A DNA stretch of 64,000 bases. Origin: Eledone cirrhosa (lineage: Eukaryota). Positions 51,775 to 64,000 of this stretch are shown here, one piece after another. The translations under genes and the position numbers were made by a program. The DNA is taken from NCBI GenBank assembly GCA_964016885.1, contig OZ024762.1:18848001-18912000 (forward strand), in the 5' to 3' direction. The notes under the pieces are model-generated. The model was given only the letters and a program-made list of their open reading frames with translations. It did not search any database and had not been told where the DNA came from. Positions within the stretch are counted from its first letter, which is position 1. Each line of letters opens with the position of its first letter.

Positions 51775-51844
51775 CCAACCTGAGGTATATGATTTTTAAT
51801 GCGATGAAATATCAATGATGGTTGGAAAATCACTGACGAAGGAC
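51775..51844 (+). ncRNA. Candidate non-circularly permuted hammerhead (second copy; element ~51737-51890)
   Basis: GGTA-TA-TGATTTT ... GAAA-TATC ... AAAATCA-CTGACGA; compensatory changes relative to 9395-9464. Confidence 0.65.
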
Positions 51845-52420
51845 TATTTTTATCATATGTAACCCATGTGCAACCACGCAGTATTCTTCTTTCTTCTCAT
51901 GTTTATATATAAAAAAATTTTCTCCACACGCCACCTACACGCACAACACGCTTAAACCCCCCACACACGTGCTTTCCACCACATATTTACACCCTCAGCC
52001 TCCTGATTCCTCTCCCCCCACCCCTCTATCCACACACGCACAGACACTCCGACCCACAAACCCCCCCACACACACACCGCTTCCTGAACATGCAACCCCG
52101 TTCTTCCCCCAACCCTTACTTTCACATACACACACACACACACCACCTTCAGCCCTCCCCGCTCGGACACCCCGTCTCCCTCTCCCCACTCCACCCGCCA
52201 CCACCCCTACACACCCCACACCCTTCCACCACCTGTTTTACCCCCTTTTAATTTCAGTTTATTTTGATCATGCTTTTATATTTAAATTTATTTCATTCCC
52301 TGTATTTTGATCATGCTTTATTTTTATTTTTATTTTTTTCATTCGCACCGTTTCCTTTCGCTATATGTCTCTCCACCACTCCCCTACACACCCTTTGAAC
52401 TCTGTTCCCACACACTTCTC

Positions 52421-52452
52421 ACCTGAGGAAGGGCTTATGCCCGAAACGTCGT
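52421..52452 (+). ncRNA. Minimal hammerhead core with decayed stem I
   Basis: AC-CTGAGGA-A-GGGC-TTAT-GCCC-GAAA-CG-TC-GT; AATAAA ~40 bp downstream. Confidence 0.65.
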
Positions 52453-52540
52453 CCCCCACCAACACCCCACTCTCCAGAGCGTGAAATTAATAAACATTCG
52501 TTGTACTGCCTCTCTGTTTTGTCCCTGTTCAAATTTTTCC

Positions 52541-52587
<47 letters not shown>

Positions 52588-52592
<5 letters not shown>

Positions 52593-52981
52593 AAAGTTAA
52601 ACAAGGTTCAATGAATAAATCACAGAATGAGTTTTACAATAGATTGGAAGCACTCTACAGTGATGGTTTTCTAGAGTTATTAATATTAATTCAAAATATT
52701 AACAAAATAGATATTCTTGTGATCAAAAGTATATTTTATTATACATATTTCAGAGGTAATGAGTTAACTTCAATAGTACGTCCTCATCAGATAAAATAAG
52801 ATGATGCATGACATACCCTGACATAATCTTAACCATCTACTATGTCAGGGTATGTCATGCATCATCTTATTTTATCTGATGAGGACGTACTGTTGAAGTT
52901 AACTCAGTACCTTTGAAATATGTATAATAAAATATACTTGATCACAAGAATATCTATTTTGTTAATATTTTGAATTAATAT
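52588..52981. mobile_element. Fold-back palindromic element with hammerheads on both strands (plus 52868-52934)
   Basis: Arms 52683-52825 and 52841-52981; TATTTTAT-CTGATGA-stem II-GAAA-TATGTA-TA-ATAAAATA. Confidence 0.88.
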
Positions 52982-53043
52982 ATATATATATATATACAAT
53001 GATATTATTAAATAAATGGAAACTATATTTATAAAACCATATT

Positions 53044-53108
53044 TATTTTATTATATATATTTCAAGGGCAACCAAGACAACATTGGTGCGCTTTCATCAG
53101 ATAAAATA
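53044..53108 (-). ncRNA. Hammerhead of the 60.3-kb subfamily
   Basis: Minus strand reads TATTTTAT-CTGATGA-AAGCGCACCA..TGGTTGCCCTT-GAAA-TATATA-TA-ATAAAATA. Confidence 0.75.
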
Positions 53109-53678
53109 CAAAGTTTGTTTTATATATATCATTATTTAATATCATTGAATATTTACTCCAGTAACTTGTTGAGTGCTCTAAATCAGTTATAAACATTTGT
53201 TTGTCGGACTTCCAACAAATTAAATACAACTTCTACTTATATATATATCAAAGGTATATTTTGAGTTAGAAACTCAAAATAGTTTCTTACAATTAAATAG
53301 CCCAAAGAAAGAGGTTTTTCCGAGCCGTATATTATAATTGAATATAAAAGAGAGATAAACACAGATTTATACATATATGTGTTCAAATCGTAAGGGACCA
53401 GATTCGCTAAGGTGAAAAAATACTAACTATTAACAATAGGGTTTGCCAGACTCAATTTAAAACAATAAATCAAGAAAAGAAATACAAACCTATATTGGGC
53501 AACTGCCAGCACACCCAGACAGTTTATGGTAGGCTGTTTCTCAATTTTAGCGAAGGGAATTACCAATTTTTTGCTCATTAGTGGGTATAAAATTAGTAAT
53601 CTCTTCACTTCTAAGTATCTCAGAAGACTGAATAGTGTGCGAATATAAAATAACGCACATGGCATATATATATATATA

Positions 53679-54470
53679 AAGCGCCGAAACATCAATGATC
53701 GCAGTTAACAGCTGATGAAGGTATTCTTCTGTTGTTTACGTCCATATTACTATCTTACACTTTATTTACAGTAAACACACAGCCCGCTACGTTTCTTGTA
53801 ATTTCGTATTTACCGCTGTGACACCCCTCTACTTGTTTTGCTCGATTTGTGATCCCACCACGCTTTCTTATCGACTCTCTCGTTCTCTCTCTCTACCCTT
53901 TTTAACTCTCTCGTTCTCTCCCTATCTCTCTCTCGTTCTCTCTCCCTCTCGTTCTCTCTCGTTCTCTCTCTCTCTCACTCTCTCTATCCATCTTCTCATT
54001 TTCGACCATATTTCACACATGTCGTAAAACGCTTTTGGATTATCTCCCTTTCCCTTCTCCATCTCACTTCGGGTTTCTCCATCTCTCTCTCTCTCTCTCT
54101 ACGTTCACCCTGCTAAGATCGCACGGAACAACCTCGCTCAGCAGTTATATTGCCCATAGGACTTATGTCGAATCGGTTCGTTGTAACTTGTTCTATTTTC
54201 TCCTCTGTTACTCACTTACATGTGCCATTTTCCTGTGTCCCCCCTCCATTCAGTTAGTTTACTTCGTTTTTTGCTCTGTCTTCCTCTCTCTTCACTATTT
54301 TTTCTTTTCGTTTCTTCATGGCCTGCTGATCGATTTCGATGTCCTGTTGTAAGCGTCGAAATATCGATGAACGCAGTTAACAGCTGATGAAGGGTTTCTT
54401 CTCTTGTTTACGTCAATATTACCAACTTTGTTGACAGTAACCACACAGCGATCTACGTTTCTTGCAATGT
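53679..54470 (+). mobile_element. ~1.2-mer of a ~672-bp unit with terminal direct repeats, flanked by (TA)n
   Basis: 53679-53805 is homologous to 54351-54470. Confidence 0.75.
54323..54395 (+). ncRNA. Candidate non-circularly permuted hammerhead (second family)
   Basis: TCGATG-TC-CTGTTG ... GAAA-TATCGA ... TAACAG-CTGATGA-AGGG; GUC triplet. Confidence 0.65.
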
Positions 54471-54765
54471 TATATATATATATATATATAAGAGAGTGTT
54501 GAAGTGTGCTTGAAGCATTGTGGAATAATAAAAAAAGAAAAAACTCGGAAATCCTCCAGTTGATGGATACAAAATCCGAAATATAGGGACAATTAAATCA
54601 CTTCCAAAGTAACTCTATCTCTTACTACTATTTTTTATACTTTTCCTACGTTCCTTTACACCCTCTACGTCTCTTTCTACGCTATCTCTTACATCTCTCT
54701 CTCATTACCACCTGATTCTGTTACCTGGAGATTTTCCCATCTGCATTGTTGAGGCTTCCAAAACG

Positions 54766-54825
<60 letters not shown>

Positions 54826-54828
<3 letters not shown>

Positions 54829-55211
54829 TATTCGGCAATATACTGTATGTTTATTTAAAAACATTTTGAAGACCATTCGCTATGAGTTTTAAAGTAGTGG
54901 CTACGTCACTTATTTGGTCTTGACGAAAGCAAAGAGAAGCAACCGACTGCCGTTTCTTGCTCATTAACGGTTGTCAAGGTTACATATCCCTTCGCTTCTG
55001 TCGAGATTTATAGAAGCTGTATTCTTATAGAATTCAGTGATGTTTAAGAGCTAATTAAACAGAGGTTGCCGGTCCAGCAAAAATTAGGAACTAGTATCGG
55101 TGCTCTGAAATAGCGATGTATGTATGAATGTATTATATAGTATATTTGATAATATATTGTGTTTAATTTAAAACATTTTAAAGAGCATTCGCTCAGAATT
55201 TTAAAGTAGTG
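54826..55211 (-). mobile_element. Decayed dispersed ~1.25-mer of the 310-bp retrozyme family
   Basis: Minus strand has ATCGCTATTTCAGAGCA..GGACCGGCAACC; direct repeat at ~312-bp spacing; stem I GTAACC/GGTTGC retained, core mutated. Confidence 0.8.
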
Positions 55212-55233
55212 ATTATATTTTACCGATAAAATA

Positions 55234-56070
55234 TAATTGTTTCTACTTTTGGCACAAGGCCAGCAATTATCCCAGTACATTACTGGTACTTTATTTTATC
55301 GACCCCGTAAGGATGAAAGGCAAAGTAAACCTCGGCGGGAATTGAACTCAGATCGTAAAGGGACGTAACTATGCTGGAAAGCATATCCTACCCTCTACCG
55401 ATACTGCCAATTCACCGATAAAATATAATACCAGTAATTTACAGGTGTCGATTTAATATCTCCAAAATTACTAGCCTTGTGCTTAAATTAAATATCATTA
55501 TCATACAGGGCGGTGCGTTGGCAGAATCGCTAGAGCGTCAGACACCATACTTTGCAGCACAGAGTTACGACCCTTTACGTTATGAATTCAAATCCTGCCG
55601 AGGTTAGCTTTGCCTTTCATCCTTACGGGATCGATAAAATAAAGTACCAGTAATACACTGGGATAATTGCTGACCTTGTACCAAAACTAGAACCAATTAT
55701 TATACAGTAGGACGGGGCATCGGCTCTTTACGTTCTCAGTTCGAATCTCGCCGAGGTTAGCTTCGCCTTTCATCCTAACGAGGTTGATAAAATAAAGTAC
55801 CAGTCACGCACTGGGTCGATTTAATCGACTTTCCCCTCCCCCAAATTATTGGCCTTGTGCCTAAATAAGAAACCATTATTATACAGTAAGATGGGGGATC
55901 GGTTCTTTACGTTCTCAGTTCGAATCTCGCCGAGGTTAGTTTTGCCGTTCATTCTAACGGGGTCGATAAAATAAAGTACCAGTAATGCACTGGGGTCGAT
56001 TTAATCGACTTTCCCCTGCACACACCCGCAAAAATTGCTGGCCTTGTGCCAAGTGTAGAAGCGGTTATTA
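55234..56070. mobile_element. SINE family A cluster (minus copy 55234-55415 with TSD; three plus copies 55508-56070)
   Basis: ACCGATAAAATATAAT at 55222-55237 and 55414-55429; consensus matches. Confidence 0.88.
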
Positions 56071-56329
56071 TACAGTATATTCCATACTGTGCTAAACACA
56101 CTCATGTTTTCTTTTTTAATTAATTAAATTAAAAATCCCAGAAGATTTGTTAAAAATCTGTTGTTCTAGAAGGAACTCGAACATCTTCGTAATAAAAAAT
56201 TATGTTCATGACATTTTGTAAATAATTAATTCCTGGAGAGAGGGGAAAATAATTGATCATTGCTTCCCATACAGCACCACCCCCATCAATGTCTCTCACT
56301 CTCACCCTTCCCCCATCCAACCACTCTCT

Positions 56330-56470
56330 CCATCACTCTCCCAACCACCTCACCACTCTCCCAACCACCTCACCACTCTCCCAACTACCTCACCACTCTC
56401 CCAACCACCTCACCACTCTCCCAACCACCTCACCACTCTCTCAACCACCTCACCACTCTCTCACCACCCC
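56330..56470. repeat. 20-bp pyrimidine-rich minisatellite
   Basis: Unit CCACTCTCCCAACCACCTCA. Confidence 0.9.
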
Positions 56471-56580
56471 CATCACTGTCTCTCACACTCACTCTCCCGC
56501 CACTCTCTCACCCTCCCGCCACTCTCTCACCCTCACTCTCTCTCTCTCTATTTCCATCCCTTGTTTTCTATTTCTCTCTC

Positions 56581-56619
<39 letters not shown>

Positions 56620-56840
56620 CTATCTCACTCTCTCTCTCTCTCACACACACTATCTCACTCTCTCTCTCACTCACTATCTCACTCTCTCTCACTCTCTCTC
56701 ACTCACTCTCTCACTTTCTCTCTCACTCACTCTCTCACTCTCTCTCTCACTGTCTCTCTGTCTTACTCCCTCCCTCCTCTCTCTTTGTCTTGAGCTCCAT
56801 CATTTTTTTAAAATTAGGTCTCTCTCATATGTTCTTGCTC

Positions 56841-56881
<41 letters not shown>

Positions 56882-57147
56882 TGTGAGAAGTAGTGTGTCT
56901 ATCTTATAGCGCGAGAGAGAGACGCGTGTGTATATGTGTACGTTTGTAATACTGTATGTATGTATGATTTCAATTATATATATATTCGTACTTCGCTTTT
57001 GTCTTGGATTTGCACGATTTTTGATGTGAAATCGTTTGTTGAAACATACTTTCGGACGGTCATGCTACAAAATATAATACAAAAAAAAAAAAAAAAAGCC
57101 TGGAAACTAATTGAGTTTTTCCTTCGGTTTTATTATCAGTCATATAA

Positions 57148-57871
57148 TAATTGTTTCTACTTTAGGCACAAGGCCATCAATTACCCAGTGCATTACTGGT
57201 ACTTTATTTTATCGACCCCGTAAGGATGAAAGGCAAAGTCAACCTCGGCGGGATTTGAACTCAGATCGTAAAGGGACGTAACTATGCTGGAAAGCATGGC
57301 GTCCAACCCTCTACCGATACTGCCAACCCACCGCCCTTATAATAATACCATTCATTAGTTTAGTAACCAGAGGGTTTACGTAATTACCAAATATATTTCC
57401 TCACACATTATGCTACCATCCCTGGGACTATATTGGTTGTCAGTGTCTCTTCTTCATTCTGATTTTGTTCTAACTTTTCCATCTTTTTGGCAAAATCAAT
57501 ATGGTGCAATTACAAAACAATTATTAACAGCTCTTTTTTTTTTTCTATTAATAACTTAATGTTATTTTTCTTGCATTCGTGAGTTTTATATTGAATAATA
57601 GTTGTTTCTACTTTTGGCACAAGGCCAGCAATTACCCCAGTGTATTACTGGTACTTTATTTTATCGACCCCGTCAGGATGAAAGGCAAAGTTAACCTCGC
57701 CGGGATTTGAACTCAGAAAGTAAAGGGCCGTAACTCTTTGCTGTAAAATATGGCGTCGACCTTCTACTCACACAGCCAATCCACCAATAATAATTGTTTC
57801 TACTTTTGGCACAAGGCCAACAATTACCCTAGTACATTACTGGTACTTTATTTTATCGACCCCGTAAGGAT
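57148..57871 (-). mobile_element. SINE family A copies (57148-57336, 57600-57785, 57792-57871)
   Basis: Consensus match. Confidence 0.88.
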
Positions 57872-58072
57872 GTATTTATCGACACCGTAAGGGGGTATTT
57901 ATATCGAAGCCGTAGAAGAGGTGGTAAAGGAGGCGAGAAGTATGAGTAATGGCAGCTTTCCAGCAGTCACCACACTTCAAAGATTACTCGACCAGAGGGA
58001 GTTATGAACAATATATTTAGAAACACACAGATACATGCGGACACACACATATACATGAATGCATATATATAT

Positions 58073-58278
58073 AACGAAGGAAATGTTGTAAGGAACCAGA
58101 TGGACCATAACGCACCAAAGTACTAAATACTTAGCGTAGTAGAGTGGGTAATGGGAACGAGTAGGACCCCGACGGCTGAGCTCAAGCCGTTTCGACGGCT
58201 AATTCTGGACTAAAAGGATTTTAGTCCAGAATTAGCCGTCGAAACGGCTTGAGCTCACCCGTCGGGGTCCTACTCGTT

Positions 58279-58280
<2 letters not shown>
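58073..58280 (-). mobile_element. Fold-back element with a 62-bp-arm hairpin at 58154-58280
   Basis: Loop GGA at 58216-58218; same family as the 9.2 kb and 12.2 kb copies. Confidence 0.85.
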
Positions 58281-58324
<44 letters not shown>

Positions 58325-58586
58325 ATACGGGGAAATTATGGCCGCTTTGAATATATTCCCCTATAAAATAAACTTACACATATATACATAAAAACATAAA
58401 TACTACATATACATCTATATAGTCATAGAGAAACCCAGGGAAGACTTAATATATTGTGACACAATATACATAAATCATAACATATTGTAATATATGGTAT
58501 GGGAAAATATTTTCCTTTTCTTTAATATATAAAACTAAGTCGCTCTTGTATTTATTGAAAAAAATTATATATATATATATATAAAC

Positions 58587-58634
<48 letters not shown>

Positions 58635-58741
58635 TTATGTATATATATATATGTATATATTTATGTATATATATATATGTATATATTTATGTATATATAT
58701 TTATGTATATATATATATGTATATATATATATGTATATATG

Positions 58742-58783
<42 letters not shown>

Positions 58784-58803
58784 TTTATGTATATATATAT
58801 ATG

Positions 58804-58834
<31 letters not shown>

Positions 58835-58855
58835 GTATATATATATGTATATATG

Positions 58856-58908
<53 letters not shown>

Positions 58909-59069
58909 GTATATATATATGTATATATATATGTATATATATATATATACTTATGTATATATATATGTATATATATATATATACTTATGTATATATATAT
59001 GTATATATATATATGTATATATGTATATATATATATGTATATATGTATATATATATATATGTATATATG

Positions 59070-59116
<47 letters not shown>

Positions 59117-59117
59117 G

Positions 59118-59186
<69 letters not shown>

Positions 59187-59455
59187 GTATATATATATAT
59201 GTATATATATATATGTATATATATATATGTATATATGTATATGTATATATATATATGTATATGTATATATATATATGTATATGTATATATATATATGTAT
59301 ATATATATGTATATGTATATATATATATGTATATATATATGTATATATATATATATATGTATATATTTATATATATATGTATATATATATATATATGTAT
59401 ATATTTATATATATATGTATATATATATATATATGTATATATTTATATATATATG

Positions 59456-59506
<51 letters not shown>

Positions 59507-59514
59507 TATATATG

Positions 59515-59552
<38 letters not shown>

Positions 59553-59574
59553 TGTATATATTTATATATATATG

Positions 59575-59627
<53 letters not shown>

Positions 59628-59978
59628 TAGTGTTGCAAGCTCGTAGTTATTTCTCCAGCGGTTTTCTTAGGAATAAATCGCTTTCGGTATTGTGAAAGAT
59701 GGCTAACTCACACCAATATATTCATAAGAAGAGAATGAAGTTAATCAAAAATGTAAGAATGTACCTAACGTATGGAACACCTATTGTCTGATTTATATGT
59801 TATATAATAATAAACGATAAGTCTTCCAAAGATTAGGGGTTGTAAAAATAAATTCGCACGTACGCACCTACTTAAAAATAGCTGGAATTTCGAAGTCTCT
59901 TCCACATTTCTCATTAATATATATACATATTTACACACACACACACATATTTATATATATAAATATTTATATACACAC

Positions 59979-60058
<80 letters not shown>

Positions 60059-60064
60059 ACTAAA

Positions 60065-60290
60065 GCAGTCTTGAGCCAGAAGGTTCATTTGGCCGGTGCT
60101 TATCTCGGTTTCATGGCGTGATGCGACTGAGAATACAAGACAGTCCATCGCAGGGTTAAACCTCCAGCTATTGCTGGTACTCATTTTCAGCTGAGTAAAC
60201 TGGAGCAACGTGAAATAAACGTCTTGCTCAAGGAAACAACTCATCACCCGGTGCGAGAATTGAACTCACAACTTTTCGATATAAAGCACT
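60065..60290 (-). mobile_element. SINE related to family B
   Basis: GTCTTGCTCAAGGA core and GAATTGAACTC B-box. Confidence 0.7.
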
Positions 60291-60315
60291 AAACAAATTA
60301 TTGGAGTAAATATAT

Positions 60316-60681
60316 AATATATTAACAAATGGAAACTATATTTATAAAACCATATTTATTTCGTTATACATATTTCAAGGGCCACCAAGGCAGATTATGG
60401 TGCGCTTTCATCAGATAAAATATAATACAGATTAGTTTTATAAATAAATATTGACATACCCTGAAAAAATGCAACCTTAACGGTTGGAGCTAAACTATTC
60501 AGCAAGCTCCAGCCGTTAAGGTTGCATTTTTTTCAGGGTATGTCAATATTTATTTATAAAACTAATCTGTATTATATTTTATCTGATGAAAGCGCACCAT
60601 AATCTGCCTTGGTGGCCCTTGAAATATGTATAACGAAATAAATATGGTTTTATAAATATAGTTTCCATTTGTTAATATATT
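60316..60681. mobile_element. Near-perfect 366-bp palindrome with hammerheads on both strands (minus 60357-60422, plus 60575-60640)
   Basis: ~176-bp arms with a 13-nt loop at 60492-60504; CTGATGA 60583-60589, GAAA 60621-60624. Confidence 0.9.
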
Positions 60682-60699
60682 GTACACACACACACACCA

Positions 60700-60949
<250 letters not shown>

Positions 60950-61412
60950 TTTACTTTGCATTCCAAAATCGTTACCAAGCCTACCTCACGGTTTGTCTTG
61001 TGTACACTCATTGTTTTCGTTATTTTACTACCTTTTATTTTCTGTATCTATCCTTTGTAATCCTGTCTCTCTTTTTGTACTCTTGAAGAAGGACTGAAGC
61101 CCGACACGTCTAATTTTGTTATAAATATTTAATGTAGAAAAGGTTCTACGGGACTAGAACTGATTCATTCGTGAGAAATCACCAGGAAGCTGACTGTCCA
61201 AGTAATATGGTGGTATTTATATCTTTTCTGGTGGTAGGAGAGGGTGGTGGTTGGGATGGGTGGAGATCATTGATTTCTATATTATATATATATATATATA
61301 TAAGTAAATATATATATATATATAAGTAAATATATATATATATATAAGTATATATCTATAAGTGAATATATATATATATAAGTAAATATATGTGAATATA
61401 TATATATATAAG

Positions 61413-61446
<34 letters not shown>

Positions 61447-61537
61447 TAAATAAATATATATATAAGTAAATATATATATATAAGTAAATATATATATATA
61501 TAAGTAAATATATATATAATCTAATCTAATCTAATCT

Positions 61538-62015
61538 GGCTGAGTTTACACTCGCAAATAAGAAGAACCAGGGCTGTCCCTAGGAGCATTGGATTTGGTG
61601 TACTTCATATCTGTTTCAGTTGCTGAATACAATCAGGGGTCGCTGCTTCTCCTGAAGGTCAATAGTTCTCTTCTAACTCGAGCGGGAGCGCCTTTCCCTT
61701 GTCAATTTGCATTGATCATCTGCAAAGCCGCATTGTTCTCAGAACCACTACACCAGTCTTTCGATGCGTGCAGCTGGAACCACTGTCTCCCATTGATTTG
61801 AGTCAAGTCACTCTTGAGTGTCAGGTCTGGTCACTCTTGAGTGCTACTGGTAACATGTAACCCAGTACAATCGGTCGCATGGTCGGGCCGTCGGCGACTC
61901 ATCCGGCAACCCCACCAAGTTTACTTCGTGAGGAGGGTGATTTTGGATCCCCCTGCAGGACAAAAAACATAACCTGACAAAGGGCGGAAGAACTCATAAG
62001 AGTCAACGGCTATCT
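61538..62015 (+). mobile_element. Probable LINE (RTE-type) 5' UTR fragment
   Basis: GC-richer island; GGCAACCCCACC..GTGAGGAGGG and AAGGGCGGA.GAAC..GTCAACGGC resemble RTE leaders as I recall them; unverified. Confidence 0.35.
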
Positions 62016-62294
62016 AAAAAAAAAAAAATCCTGCTAAATATATATATAAATATATTCAACATATATATACAATATATATATAAATATATATATTTATATA
62101 TATATTGTTATATTTGTGGATGGTCATCTTGACAATATTGCCAATAGAAAGAAACACGCCTACCATATAATTTTCACTTTTTCTTTATCTTTTTTGTTCG
62201 TCATTCATTCGTTTGATAAACTTCTTTCGTCGCACAATCTGTGACCTCCTCAATGACTACCTGTATTGCGCTTCATCTTTTTTATGGTCAAATA

Positions 62295-62365
<71 letters not shown>

Positions 62366-62379
62366 TAGAAAGTGGTTAA

Positions 62380-62566
62380 GGGCGGTGAATTGGTAGTATC
62401 GGTAGAGGGTTGGACGCCATGCTTTCTAGCATAGTTACGTCCCTTTACAGTCTGAGTTCAAATCCCGCCGAGGTTAACTTTGCCTTTCATCCTTACGGGG
62501 TCGATAAAATAAAGTACCAGTAATGTACTGGGTAATTGCTGGCCTTGTGCCAAATGTAGAAACAAT
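62380..62566 (+). mobile_element. Full-length SINE family A with target-site duplication
   Basis: Consensus match; TATATTAGAAAGTG occurs on both flanks. Confidence 0.9.
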
Positions 62567-62699
62567 ATATATATATTAGAAAGTGAGGTTTTTTTTACAA
62601 ATTGAAAAATAACCGAGGTGTCCTACACGAGTGAAAGTATAAAGAAAAAGAGATGAAATCGAAAACGCAACTGGAGTCTTATTTTTTTAAAAAATATAT

Positions 62700-62860
62700 A
62701 TATTTATTTGGTTCCTTTACCGGTTTCGCAGTTCTTCTGCTTTTCAAAAGGTGAGTTGAGATGGAGGGTTTGTGGTTTTTCTCACATATAATTTCTCACA
62801 TATAATTTCCGATCTTCAGTCTTCCGTTCTGGGTATGGATGTCCAATGATATCACAAAAA
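62700..62860 (-). mobile_element. Penelope-like 3' end with mutated hammerhead (62714-62751)
   Basis: Minus strand reads CCTT-TTGAAAA-GCAG-AAGAA-CTGC-GAAA-CCGG-TA-AAGG; upstream is a frameshifted RLKI..LYVRK..HKPS..LN. Confidence 0.6.
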
Positions 62861-63086
62861 TCATAGGAAATCCCAGTTTTATGTATATAGGATGGTAGCT
62901 ACGATACTCAGAATATATCGAAACCACTGGGACAATTATCAAAGCAGCTGCTTGGAATTAGACAGGACAGAGGTGCAATGAAGCGGCAAATTAGATTTCG
63001 CCAACTGTCGAAAAACAAACAGGAAGGAACGTGATCTTTAAATTAATCAGACAATTAGGAGCAGAGAAACAAGAAAATATAATGAA

Positions 63087-64000
63087 TTAGCAGTATCGGT
63101 AGAGCGTCGGACGCCATGCTTTTTAAGGCAGTGGATTGGCAGTATCGGTAGAGGGTCGGACGCCATGCTTTGACGCATAGAGTTACGGCCCTTGCCATTC
63201 TGAGTTCAAATCCCGCCGAGGTTAACTTTGCCTTTCATCCTTACGGGGTCGATAAAATGAAGTACCAGTAATACACTGGGTAATTGCTGGCCTTGTGCCT
63301 AACGTAGAAACAATTAAGGGCGGTGGATTGGCAGTATCGGTAGAGGGTCGGACGACGCCATGCTTTCAAGCATAGTTACGTCCCTTTACGATCTGAGTTC
63401 AAATCCCGCCGAGGTTGACTTTGCCTTTCATCCTTACGGGGTCGATAAAATAAAGTACCAGTAATGCACTGGGTAATTGCTGGCCTTGTGCCTAAAGTAG
63501 AAACAAGTATCGGTAGAGCGTCAGACACTCTGCTTCGCGGCATAAAGTTACGGCTCTTTACGTTCTGATGAAATCCCACCGAGGTTAGCTTTGCCTTTCA
63601 TCCTTACTGGGTTTATAAAATAAAGTACCAGTGATACACTGGGATAATTGCTGACCTTGTACCAAAACTAGAACCAATTATTATACAGTAGGACGGGGCA
63701 TCGGCTCTTTACGTTCTCAGTTCGAATCTCGCCGAGGTTAGCTTCGCCTTTCATCCTAACGGGGTCGATAAAATAAAGTACCAGTCACGCACTGGGGTCG
63801 ATTTAATCGACTTTCCCCTCCCCCAAATTATTGGCCTTGTGCCTAAATAAGAAACCATTATTATACAGTAAGATGGGGGATCGGTTCTTTACGTTCTGGG
63901 TTCAAATCCCACCGAGGTTAGCTTTGCCTTTCATCCTTACTGGGTTTATAAAATAAAGTACCAGTAATACACTGAGGTCGATTTAATCGACTTTACCCTC
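63087..64000 (+). mobile_element. Head-to-tail SINE family A cluster running to the window end
   Basis: At least five consensus matches. Confidence 0.92.

Noticed and set aside
54344-54357. Twister or pistol ribozyme suggested by the TAAGCG motif
   Set aside because: The other conserved elements of those classes were not found; the permuted hammerhead explains the pairings better.
61080-61112. Hammerhead-like TTGAAGA-A-GGAC..GCCC-GACA-CG-TC
   Set aside because: Two core mutations and no stem I; at most a fossil.

Overview
This is eukaryotic, very AT-rich, gene-poor DNA; the SINE and microsatellite make-up suggests an octopod cephalopod (inference). I can support no protein-coding host gene. 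Nearly all long ORFs are translations of (TA)n/(CA)n/(GA)n/(TTG)n simple repeats. The islands between microsatellites are mostly mobile DNA: more than 20 copies of one tRNA-derived SINE, decayed RTE and R4/Dong LINE fragments, a hAT-like MITE, and many small non-coding elements carrying hammerhead ribozymes (HHRs), usually embedded in (TA)n tracts. Highlights: (1) a near-perfect 310-bp tandem array with one intact minimal type I HHR per unit (retrozyme-like), plus two decayed dispersed copies; (2) a second 466-bp retrozyme-like unit with a textbook HHR and an octamer motif; (3) fold-back palindromes with HHRs on both strands; (4) two element families whose three hammerhead strands occur in a non-circularly permuted order, supported by compensatory base changes. 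All RNA structures were paired by eye; none has been folded computationally or tested.
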